IMG/VR virus record: IMGVR_UViG_3300006467_000134 | Coordinates: 41,609 to 105,608 of that record | Reading direction: 5' to 3' (one strand) | From: a virus | Taxonomy: Duplodnaviria; Caudoviricetes | Length of the DNA: 64,000 nucleotides | Shown: positions 9,756 through 18,154 of the stretch, in pieces | Layout: each line of letters starts with the position of its first letter | Numbering within the stretch: the first letter of the stretch is position 1 | The notes under the pieces: model-generated | Told to the model about the DNA's origin: nothing | Seen by the model: the letters and a program-made list of their open reading frames with translations, nothing else | The model's database searches: none | Program-made: the position numbers and the translations under genes

Positions 9756-11629
9756 TTTCCGTCCGCCCAATTGGCAACAATTTTTGGGTCAGCCCTTAAG
9801 GGCACACGAAGTTGAATGCACTGTTCCATACAATCCCGAAGGTCAATAGCTACTTCCTCAATAATATCGAGGTCACATTCAACTACAATTTCGTCATGAA
9901 TGGAATTAACTAAGAATACCTTGGTTAACCACCATCCTTTTTTCTTCATCAGGTTTCTGAATTTGATCTGCCCCATCTGAATAATGAGAGCACCTGCCCA
10001 TTGCATAGGGAAGTTATTCAGCTTGTTTAACCCGCCTTTGTAGTATCTCGCCTTTTCCTCTGGAGGAATTCGCCTTTGACGTCCGAGTAGCCCCATTACA
10101 GGCATATTGTTTTGGTAGAGTTTTTCCACCCGTTTAATATTTCTGGTTACACCAGGTCTTTTACGGAGGTATTCGTCCTTAATTCGCTCACAGACATCCA
10201 TAGGAATGTGCTTCTGCGAAAAGTGTAATCTTCCAGCACTACCATTGTAGATCAACAGGAAATTACAGGTCTTGGCTGCCTGTCGATCTCCATTAAGCAT
10301 TTCGATAGCATTAGCGGTGTCTGTGTGGAGGTCAAGTCCATGCCAAAAGCCTTCCTTCTCATTTTCCTCTGCACCACACTTCGGACAGGTTCTCAGAAGT
10401 TTCTTACTCTTACCTTCGGCACCACACGGGCACTTGTAGGATAGATAGGCTTCTAAAAAACTAGGATCCTGAGTTTCGTGAGCTGCAGTGCGGAGCTCCA
10501 ACTGCGAGTGGTCGGCAACGATCAGACCGCGGCCTTCCTCAGCAATAAAACACTCTCGTACGTTAACCCCATAGAGTGACTCGAACCGTTCATCCTTGTA
10601 CTCTGTGGGAACATTCTGCAGGTTGTGATCGCTGCACCGGGTTCTCCCAGAATCTGAGTGGACCGAGTAGGATCCATGCACCCTACCATCAAAGGATGTA
10701 GCAGCCTCGTGCGTTAGGGGTTGGACATACGTACCTATCAGCTTTTTGATCTTTCGGTATTCAAGGATCAGCTTACAGACTTTGTATTTCTTTGACAGCT
10801 TGGTCATAGACTCGTCGTTAAGCTGAATCTTTCCTTTATCCGTCAGGTTCAATCCGGTGCTGTCGTACCCCAAATCTCGGAAGAACCTATTGCGTAGTTG
10901 GTCGTCACTAGAAATATTGATCTTACCGATCTTACGGTGAATCTCTTTCTCTAGTTTGATTGACCGACTTAGCAAATCAAGGTAGAGCTTTCGAGCTCGT
11001 TCGATGTCCCACTTCATACCAGTGTACATGATATCTGAAAACACCAGTATCGACTTCATGAGCACTAGGTACAGATCCCAGCACCCCTTAGCTTTTACTT
11101 TCGGTCTGAAGTCCAAGTACAGTCGCAGTTCCCAGTAGACGTCGTCTTTTCCATACTGATAGAATTCTTCAGTATCGAGACCACCCGCGGAGGCAGTTTT
11201 ATAATCCACCATCTCTTTGTTGTAGATTGATGGAACCAAGTCCTTCAAACCATAAGACATCATGTTCTCATCATAGAGATTGAGGAGAACGATGGTATCG
11301 CGGATTAGTGGGTCGCTATACGTGTAGCCGGCCCGCTTGAGGATCTTAAGGTCAAACTGACTGTTGTGAGCAATACATTCAACCTCCCCATCAAAGGCGG
11401 CATCTATGATTGCTTGAATGTCTTCCCGGTCAGTGTAATACTCATTTATGATCTTACCATCTTCAATGGTGGCAAAACCGCACCCATGAATATCAAACTC
11501 TTCATCCAACCACGATTCTGTTTCTTCGTGCTCGATATCGAAACAACAAAGCTTACTGGACTTTATCGCCTGGATCAGACGCTGCCTGCTCACCGTTGGG
11601 GTTGGTAAGGTGGATCTTAGTGAAGCCAT
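9752..11629 (-). CDS. polA: DNA polymerase family A with 3'-5' exonuclease domain
   Basis: Exo: FDIE, AHNSQFD, YGKDD. Polymerase: NLQNVP, motif A IVADHSQLELR, motif B RQAAKTCNFLLIY, motif C IHDEIVVE. Confidence 0.95.
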   Translation of the reverse strand: MASLRSTLPTPTVSRQRLIQAIKSSKLCCFDIEHEETESWLDEEFDIHGCGFATIEDGKIINEYYTDREDIQAIIDAAFDGEVECIAHNSQFDLKILKRAGYTYSDPLIRDTIVLLNLYDENMMSYGLKDLVPSIYNKEMVDYKTASAGGLDTEEFYQYGKDDVYWELRLYLDFRPKVKAKGCWDLYLVLMKSILVFSDIMYTGMKWDIERARKLYLDLLSRSIKLEKEIHRKIGKINISSDDQLRNRFFRDLGYDSTGLNLTDKGKIQLNDESMTKLSKKYKVCKLILEYRKIKKLIGTYVQPLTHEAATSFDGRVHGSYSVHSDSGRTRCSDHNLQNVPTEYKDERFESLYGVNVRECFIAEEGRGLIVADHSQLELRTAAHETQDPSFLEAYLSYKCPCGAEGKSKKLLRTCPKCGAEENEKEGFWHGLDLHTDTANAIEMLNGDRQAAKTCNFLLIYNGSAGRLHFSQKHIPMDVCERIKDEYLRKRPGVTRNIKRVEKLYQNNMPVMGLLGRQRRIPPEEKARYYKGGLNKLNNFPMQWAGALIIQMGQIKFRNLMKKKGWWLTKVFLVNSIHDEIVVECDLDIIEEVAIDLRDCMEQCIQLRVPLRADPKIVANWADGK

Positions 11630-11969
11630 GTGTTATGTTCCATGTGTTCGTGATTGGTTCAGCTAACTCAATGTAGACAATTGATCCAGGTTCGATTGTG
11701 CGATATTTATCAGGGTCTACGTTGAACTCATTGAGAAGATCCATCTCCTCGTCATATTCCACGTATAGACGCCCTGATTCAGTCTCTTGCACCACACATT
11801 CAATGACCCGTGAATTAGGGTCAGTCCAAGGTGTACCCTCATTGGCAAAAAAGAGACCAGTGAAAATACATACAATAGTTCCAACAGCAGCTGCAGGAAA
11901 ATTATCGTAATGGGCTGATACAGCCACCAAAATTACCCAAAGGATAACTATCAAAATAATAACTAGCAT
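11553..11969 (-). CDS. Membrane protein
   Basis: Two N-terminal TM segments; GGAG before ATG 11969. Confidence 0.65.
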   Translation of the reverse strand: MLVIILIVILWVILVAVSAHYDNFPAAAVGTIVCIFTGLFFANEGTPWTDPNSRVIECVVQETESGRLYVEYDEEMDLLNEFNVDPDKYRTIEPGSIVYIELAEPITNTWNITHGFTKIHLTNPNGEQAASDPGDKVQ

Positions 11970-11988
11970 CGAAATCTCCAAAGAGGTG

Positions 11989-12022
11989 AAAATAAGGGAC
12001 CAGAAACCTGATCCCCCATTTT
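11989..12022 (-). terminator. Putative intrinsic terminator after ssb
   Basis: Minus strand AAAATGGGGGATCAG-GTTT-CTGGTCCCTTATTTT. Confidence 0.55.
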
Positions 12023-12038
12023 ACACTACCAGTTTGAT

Positions 12039-12737
12039 TTAGTCAAGGTCATAACTTACGTCATCACCAGATTGATTTTCGACGGAATCTTCAGGAGCCG
12101 AGCCAGATTTGATGCCCCAGGCTTGTTCAGCCAATTCGGCAATCTTTTCGGGATCTGTCTCAATAGTTGAAGCCACCTCTTCCAAGGTAAACGGCTTGAG
12201 TTGGTCTTCGGTGAATCCCTTCTCCAACAGTTCTTCCTTGGTGTAGTGTCCTTTGAACCGATACTTGTCGCCAGTGATTGGTGGACTTGGAGTTCCAGCC
12301 TTTCCTCTGGAGACTAGTACACGAGCCATGACAAAGTTGCCATCAGCCTCATCGTTCATCTCGGAAACAATAAGTTCGTAGCTCTTACTGGTTGCTGCCA
12401 AAATCTTTCGGTCACCAGGAACTTCCTGACCATTTCGAGTGAATGGATTCAGATCCAAAATCGAGAAGAATGCACAAGGTGCCTGACGAGCATCCTTTTT
12501 ACCAGCCGCAAAGGCTTGGCAAGCGGGACAGTTGTCACCCAGGCAAACTACTGGATGGGTTCGGTTACCAACGCGAATCTTGTGAATGAATTCCGTTGGT
12601 ACGTCTTCCAAAGCTTCCAGCAGAACGATCTCTCGGTTCTTCTCCTCGTACTTCATTTTGAAGTTCCATGGAGTGTTGCTTTGCTTCTCGACTTGTTCTT
12701 GGTGATCGTTAAAAAGCTTTGAGCCTTTAGTAAACAT
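12039..12737 (-). CDS. Single-stranded DNA-binding protein (gp32-like)
   Basis: H...CLGDNCPAC Zn motif, acidic C-terminal tail (DDVSYDLD), position between primase and polymerase. Confidence 0.7.
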   Translation of the reverse strand: MFTKGSKLFNDHQEQVEKQSNTPWNFKMKYEEKNREIVLLEALEDVPTEFIHKIRVGNRTHPVVCLGDNCPACQAFAAGKKDARQAPCAFFSILDLNPFTRNGQEVPGDRKILAATSKSYELIVSEMNDEADGNFVMARVLVSRGKAGTPSPPITGDKYRFKGHYTKEELLEKGFTEDQLKPFTLEEVASTIETDPEKIAELAEQAWGIKSGSAPEDSVENQSGDDVSYDLD

Positions 12738-13664
12738 TCAGAGTGTCTTTCTAAATTCGTCTTTTGTGAACTCGCCTGAATCTTTTACTTGGCCCTTTGA
12801 GTTCAGAAAGGACCAGTAAACACGAAAGATTAAGCGAGATGGATACATAGACCGAAGTTCAGTCCATCCATGCTCTCCCGCTTTATCTTGGTCGAAGTAG
12901 CAGTACGGTACCTTACCACTACCTGCGATGAGGTCTACCTGTGAGCTTGAGATGTTAGCCGTCCATGTACAACATGTATCATAGCCTTCCTCGTTCGCCC
13001 ATGGGTAGATGTTTAGCATATCTGTGAAGCCTTCTACTACAATTAGTTTGGGGTTGTCACTGAAGTGATCTTCGCCCCCAAGGAATGTGGCTGTATCACA
13101 GAAATACTTTAGGTGCTTTTGTGCCGGGTTATCTTCAATTGACCGCCCGATCATGCCCAAAAGCCCATGTTTATCCCTTACAGGAAAGATTACTCGTTTC
13201 TGCCGCGGATCCCACCGTAGTCCGAATGTATCACATACGGACAGATCGTATCCACGATCTTGCTCCAAGTATTCCTCTGCAGGCGTTCCTCGAAAATCAG
13301 GGAACGTCTGCAGTAAGTCGTCATCAAAATACTCTTTCACTTTCCGAGTTTTTGTTTCAACGACCTTTCGTAGCTCCATTTTTAGTCGGTAGGTATCTTC
13401 ATTCCAGACCTTAAGCAGAAGTGCTGCTTCAGGGTCATTACTTAAACGATGATATTCCGATAAAAACTTGTGGTAGGAGCCCTTCATACCACAAGCGTAG
13501 CACTGAAAAAAATCAATGTCTGGCCAGATAACCAACGATTTGCTGTTATCCGTGCCTTTGGCGTGAGTCCAGGGAGCAAACGGACAATGACAAATGTACC
13601 CCTTGGAATATTCTTTGTGAATAATTCCCAGGTTTGTCAAGTCTTGGCTTATGTTCCAGGACAT
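12738..13664 (-). CDS. dnaG: DNA primase (CHC2 Zn finger + TOPRIM)
   Basis: CPFAPWTH...FQCYACG, RVIFPVRD, VVEGFTDM, YFDQDKAG, KDSGE. Confidence 0.9.
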   Translation of the reverse strand: MSWNISQDLTNLGIIHKEYSKGYICHCPFAPWTHAKGTDNSKSLVIWPDIDFFQCYACGMKGSYHKFLSEYHRLSNDPEAALLLKVWNEDTYRLKMELRKVVETKTRKVKEYFDDDLLQTFPDFRGTPAEEYLEQDRGYDLSVCDTFGLRWDPRQKRVIFPVRDKHGLLGMIGRSIEDNPAQKHLKYFCDTATFLGGEDHFSDNPKLIVVEGFTDMLNIYPWANEEGYDTCCTWTANISSSQVDLIAGSGKVPYCYFDQDKAGEHGWTELRSMYPSRLIFRVYWSFLNSKGQVKDSGEFTKDEFRKTL

Positions 13665-14056
13665 ACTTCCTCCATTGACATTGCGTTCTCGCGAACGTTG
13701 AATGAGGATTTCCTTCTGGCAACCTCAGCCAATACATCTGGATCCAAATGTGGGTTGAAAATACTTGCGTTCTTGTATCGGAACCACTCGTGAACCTCGT
13801 GAAGTTCTGCCTGCTTAATCAACCCGAAAATAACTCCCACTATTTCTTGCCGGCACATGTGTTGAGAAAGGAATCGTTTACCACTTTTCCAAGGAACTCT
13901 GGTGCCATCACGGGAAGCACTATCTAGAGAAGCGTCACTTTCCTCTGAAACAGAAATCTGAATGAACAGTCGATCTCCTGATTCTTTCACTAGTATAGTC
14001 CAGCCGGGTTTGTAGGTACATTTCTCTACGATCTCGCGTATCTCGTCGTTTGTCAT
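13649..14056 (-). CDS. Hypothetical protein
   Basis: 135 aa; YKPGW...AELHEVHEWFRY...IFNPH. Confidence 0.75.
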   Translation of the reverse strand: MTNDEIREIVEKCTYKPGWTILVKESGDRLFIQISVSEESDASLDSASRDGTRVPWKSGKRFLSQHMCRQEIVGVIFGLIKQAELHEVHEWFRYKNASIFNPHLDPDVLAEVARRKSSFNVRENAMSMEEVCPGT

Positions 14057-14092
14057 TCTCGTCTTTCCTTGTGTGTGTTTGGTGATAGCACG

Positions 14093-14353
14093 TTAATCGC
14101 TTAAACCAACCAAGTCTGCAGGCTCTTTGGTTACCCATCGCCAGTGGGCATAGTTATCTTCTCCAACGTATCGCTCGGCATAACCAAGATCTACTGCCTC
14201 CTGTTGCAAATCTTCGAGCTTTTGCTTATGGATATTGGGGGATGTCCAGTAAAGTAGTCCCGAGACAAGTAAAAAGACGCCAAGCAAAGTAAAGAAAAAA
14301 GCCAAAATTAGATCACTTTCCGTACTACCAATCCTTAAGTTACGAGATGACAT
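14093..14353 (-). CDS. Small membrane protein
   Basis: Single TM segment, then EAVDLGYAE...WRW. Confidence 0.6.
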   Translation of the reverse strand: MSSRNLRIGSTESDLILAFFFTLLGVFLLVSGLLYWTSPNIHKQKLEDLQQEAVDLGYAERYVGEDNYAHWRWVTKEPADLVGLSD

Positions 14354-14798
14354 CTGCAGTATTCTCCAAAATCTTGACTAACTGCGGTGAGATTCCAAAA
14401 CGATCAGCACAAACATCGATGGACTTACGAATGTTGCCGTCGTGTTGTCTTTCACTGGCTGCCTTCCAGTCGCAAAACATTTCAAGGACGTCAAACAAAT
14501 TCATGTCTTCAATACCATTTTTGAAATGCTCTGGGTGGTGGCGATTCTTCGCGTAGTGATGTTCCCTGGCAGTATCTAAGGCTTTCAGAGATTCCTTATA
14601 TTCTTCTGAATCAAAGGTAAGCTCTTTTAGCTTAGGACCATGTTCCGTGAAACCCTCAACCTCTGGGGACGCTAGTTTACTGGCATCATGTACTTCCCCA
14701 CGCTTAATCAACGTGAACGCAGATGTGTTTAGTAGCTCCTGTACCCGTTGAATGTGTTGGTAGGTTTCTACCCTACCAGTGTCTAAATGTCGTTCCAT
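14340..14798 (-). CDS. DUF5662-like HD-type protein
   Basis: HI..V...HDASKL...HHYAKNRHHPEHF...EMFCDWKAA. Confidence 0.75.
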   Translation of the reverse strand: MERHLDTGRVETYQHIQRVQELLNTSAFTLIKRGEVHDASKLASPEVEGFTEHGPKLKELTFDSEEYKESLKALDTAREHHYAKNRHHPEHFKNGIEDMNLFDVLEMFCDWKAASERQHDGNIRKSIDVCADRFGISPQLVKILENTADVIS

Positions 14799-16045
14799 TA
14801 GTATTCAAGTCCCTCAACACTGATTTCTTCGTCCTGCGAACGCTCGTAGAACTTTTTGTTTTCATGATCCCAGTGGATCTCGAATGTCGTATCCCTGGTG
14901 GGATTGGTGGCATCTTTCATCTTTGTGATTCGTACGGTAGCCAGGTTCATGTTGCGTTGATCCTCCGATGCCTGTAGAAGGAACATATTAGTCGCAGCAA
15001 CTCGCCAATCCTTACCATACCTGGTCTGATTTCCCGCATCTGCGTTACTGAGTGTTTTCTTGACAGTGGTTGACTGCTGAGTCGTTACAACCCACGGCAA
15101 ATTGGTTACCCGGGCAGCATTTTGTAGCTGTTCAGTGATCATTTTGATCTTCTGCCATTCGTCTGACTGGCCAACCTGTAGTCGGTAACCTGCATCAACG
15201 ATCACTAAATCAGGTTGATAACTTTCAGTCAGGAGCAGGATATCGCCAACTGATCGAACATCTGAGGGTGCAAAGAAAATATCACCTTTAGCATTCTCGA
15301 TCTGCTCCAAACGGTTCTTGAATTTGATCTCTTCCATCAACCTAAGCTTGTGATGCCTCAAGCGACCATAGCTTACTTCGTAGATTAAGCTCTCGGTTCG
15401 CTCCTGAACTACCTTGTTGGAGTCCTCCAGGCTCACCATAAGAACTTTATGTCCTTGTTCAAAACCAAGGGCTGCGGATATACAACTAATCCAGGTTTTA
15501 CCTACGTTGGGTTCCGCCGACCATACGTGAACACCAGCTTTTGTCCATCCTCCACAAAGCTCGTTGATCGTTTCCCAAACTGTGGGGATGCCAAGTTCGC
15601 CCTGTCTCTTTTCTTCTCGATATTCTAAGTACCTTTCTTTTGCCGAGGACTTAAATGAAACAATACCTTTTCCTGGATTGACTACTGAGCCCACCGACAT
15701 AAATTTGGCAACGGCTGCCTGTGGGTCGTCTGCAAGTAGATTGATTGCCTCTTCGCCGATCTTAGCAATTCGTTGCTGATTCAGATACTTGGTATAGGAA
15801 TCAACCGCAAAGTCCTCACTTTCGACGTCAGGAAGATCTACATCCAACTCGTCCAGGATAGTGTCTTTGTTTGGCCACTGCGAGTAAGTATTGTTGAAGT
15901 TTTGGATAAACTCAACAACAGTGTAGCCGGCTCTGTCAAATTCCTGGATGTGACTGAAAGTGATGTTGTTATCAAGTAACGGCGAGAAGCTTTGCTTACT
16001 TAGGCATAGGCTCAGTAACCTTTTTGATGATTGGTGCAATATCAT
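14798..16045 (-). CDS. dnaB: DnaB-like replicative helicase
   Basis: GIPTVW, SAEPNVGKT, VSLED, DLVIVDAGY, VVTTQ. Confidence 0.88.
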   Translation of the reverse strand: MILHQSSKRLLSLCLSKQSFSPLLDNNITFSHIQEFDRAGYTVVEFIQNFNNTYSQWPNKDTILDELDVDLPDVESEDFAVDSYTKYLNQQRIAKIGEEAINLLADDPQAAVAKFMSVGSVVNPGKGIVSFKSSAKERYLEYREEKRQGELGIPTVWETINELCGGWTKAGVHVWSAEPNVGKTWISCISAALGFEQGHKVLMVSLEDSNKVVQERTESLIYEVSYGRLRHHKLRLMEEIKFKNRLEQIENAKGDIFFAPSDVRSVGDILLLTESYQPDLVIVDAGYRLQVGQSDEWQKIKMITEQLQNAARVTNLPWVVTTQQSTTVKKTLSNADAGNQTRYGKDWRVAATNMFLLQASEDQRNMNLATVRITKMKDATNPTRDTTFEIHWDHENKKFYERSQDEEISVEGLEY

Positions 16046-16629
16046 TTATGTGGTCTAAATAGATGGGAGCTGTCTGTCGTAACAAAATCTACGGACTCTG
16101 TTAACACTCGAAAGAATGAAGGATACACTTCCTCGAATGTCTTTGGTCCGATGTTGGATGTGATGATGGTGGCTTTTTTGGCATCTATTCGCCTGCGAAC
16201 CATCATCTCTATCATCCGTTCTCGCTCGCCTACTCGTGCAACTTTCCTACCTTTCTCGCTTTTCACTGACAAAACAAATTCATCAAGTACCAGAAGAGGG
16301 ACCGTTTCCGCCCTTTGGACAACAGTCATGTCATCGTCAAACTCATAGTCTTCAATAATGTACTTGGGAACTTGGTCACAGGCCAACCATAATCCGCTGT
16401 GTCCTTTACTCAAGGCCGCCTTAAGGCAGATAGCAGCAATGGCTGACTTGCCTGTTGATTGCTTGAAACTCAGATATAAACCACGACCATTGCTAACATT
16501 ATACGTTATATTCTCCACGTAGTCAACAATCTGTTCTTTGTGGCTCGCCTTATCAGGAATTTCTGATAGGCGGGCATCCCAGTGATTCCTGGGTAGGTTC
16601 ATCCGATTAAGTAAATCTTCTACTCCCAT
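16042..16629 (-). CDS. DnaC/IstB-like helicase loader
   Basis: GRGLYLSFKQSTGKS, LLVLDE, TIITSN; directly upstream of dnaB. Confidence 0.8.
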   Translation of the reverse strand: MGVEDLLNRMNLPRNHWDARLSEIPDKASHKEQIVDYVENITYNVSNGRGLYLSFKQSTGKSAIAAICLKAALSKGHSGLWLACDQVPKYIIEDYEFDDDMTVVQRAETVPLLVLDEFVLSVKSEKGRKVARVGERERMIEMMVRRRIDAKKATIITSNIGPKTFEEVYPSFFRVLTESVDFVTTDSSHLFRPHK

Positions 16630-17183
16630 TCTCTATCCGCTAACCCTTCTGATGGATCTTTCTTTTTGGTGGGAATTCCAACTAGTCGCCATCGTTCTAG
16701 TTCTCGAATATGGACAATGCTAAGCAGTTGGTAAATCTCATACGGCTTTAAGTCCTCCTGGTTATCTTGAACCCATTTGTACAAGCGAAGTAGATCATCT
16801 TCAGGGAGAGCCATTCGAGCTTGCTTAGCAAACTTGCGGTACTTTGGGGAGTACTCGTTGGAGCCGCTAATATAAAAGTCACTGGGTATCACATCCCAAT
16901 TTTCTACAAACCAGTCAAGAACTGAGTCTTTCTTACGATTGCCTGCTGGCCTCTTACCTTGACGAGCCATTAATCCTATTGGGAATAATTCCTCAGGATC
17001 CTTTATCTCAGTCACTAGAAATGGGCCAGTCCCTTCATACTTTAGCCAGCCCATCTGCTGGTACTCATCCAAATAGTAGTCCTGCTTATTCTCTACCTCT
17101 CGGTCGGTCATTAGAAGCAGTTCTACATAAGGAAGTATTCGATGTCCATATTCTTTGTACATCTTTTTCAGTGATTTTATCAT
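16620..17183 (-). CDS. Hypothetical protein (possible replication initiator by position)
   Basis: 187 aa ORF immediately upstream of the DnaC-like gene. Confidence 0.6.
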   Translation of the reverse strand: MIKSLKKMYKEYGHRILPYVELLLMTDREVENKQDYYLDEYQQMGWLKYEGTGPFLVTEIKDPEELFPIGLMARQGKRPAGNRKKDSVLDWFVENWDVIPSDFYISGSNEYSPKYRKFAKQARMALPEDDLLRLYKWVQDNQEDLKPYEIYQLLSIVHIRELERWRLVGIPTKKKDPSEGLADREWE

Positions 17184-17199
17184 ATCGACGTGATCTTTC

Positions 17200-18021
17200 T
17201 TAGCTTTGCATTTCCCAAAAAGTATGTCTCAATCTCTCTCTTAACGAGCCTGTTATAAAGCATTCTGTGCTGCACCCCGCAAAAAATCTACTGGGCTTAT
17301 ATGGTTCCAAATTCTGCTTGATGTGATTTTCTGTATCCCATACTAATTTAGGGTCACCTCGCCAAGAAAAATATTCTACGATATCGTAGTTAGCTCTGGA
17401 TCTACCGTTGGAGTACCGTTTACCTACAGTGCGAGAAGTAATTCCGATTTTCCCAAATTTCTCACCAGTTTGACTATCTTCAAAGAATGCTACATATATC
17501 TCTCCGAGTCCATCTCCTCGGTCGCAAGCCTCCTTAAACTTAGTAAAACTATAAACCGATGGGCAGATAGGGTCCATATGTGAGCACGCCTCATCCAACC
17601 ATCCATTTAGTCTCGCCTTCCTGTACTCTGTTGGGTACTTAGTGGCAAACTCTTTTCGGCCCACACAAGTTTTGGCGGCTTTCAAGACCTCAGACTTACT
17701 TACTTTCTTCACCTTTCGGTCTTTAGGCATATGTGAGCACGCCTTGTCTAGCAATCCTTTACGATGTAGCCACATATAACAAGCTGCCTCGTTAAGGCGG
17801 AACTCCTGCCTATTTTTGTATTTAACAGCGATTGTTTTAGCCCTTTTGAAGGTCCATGATTTTCTGGTTGACACCATGTGTGCACACGCTTCGTCTAACC
17901 AACCCTTTCTCCAAGCTTTTTGATACTGGAGATCAGCTTCCCTGCTAGACTTTCTCCAAGCCATCTTTGTTTTAAATTGCTTTGCGGATTTTATTATTTC
18001 AGATTTATCTAGGTAGTTCAC
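17200..18021 (-). CDS. Free-standing homing-endonuclease-like protein: three ~45-50 aa repeats plus a GIY-YIG/T5orf172-like C-terminal domain
   Basis: Repeats end GWLDEACAHM / GLLDKACSHM / GWLDEACSHM; C-terminal EIYVAF...KIGITSR...R...E...TECF; AT/Lys-rich relative to neighbours. Confidence 0.7.
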   Translation of the reverse strand: MNYLDKSEIIKSAKQFKTKMAWRKSSREADLQYQKAWRKGWLDEACAHMVSTRKSWTFKRAKTIAVKYKNRQEFRLNEAACYMWLHRKGLLDKACSHMPKDRKVKKVSKSEVLKAAKTCVGRKEFATKYPTEYRKARLNGWLDEACSHMDPICPSVYSFTKFKEACDRGDGLGEIYVAFFEDSQTGEKFGKIGITSRTVGKRYSNGRSRANYDIVEYFSWRGDPKLVWDTENHIKQNLEPYKPSRFFAGCSTECFITGSLRERLRHTFWEMQS

Positions 18022-18154
18022 ATTATCCCTTTACTAGTTGAGAGAATTGGTAAAAAAGTCCCTTCCTATTTAAATGTACGGGAGTAAGAGGTAAAATACG
18101 CACAAATATTTGTTATCCTTGTAATTTAACCTAAAATAGGCGAACTAAGATTTC

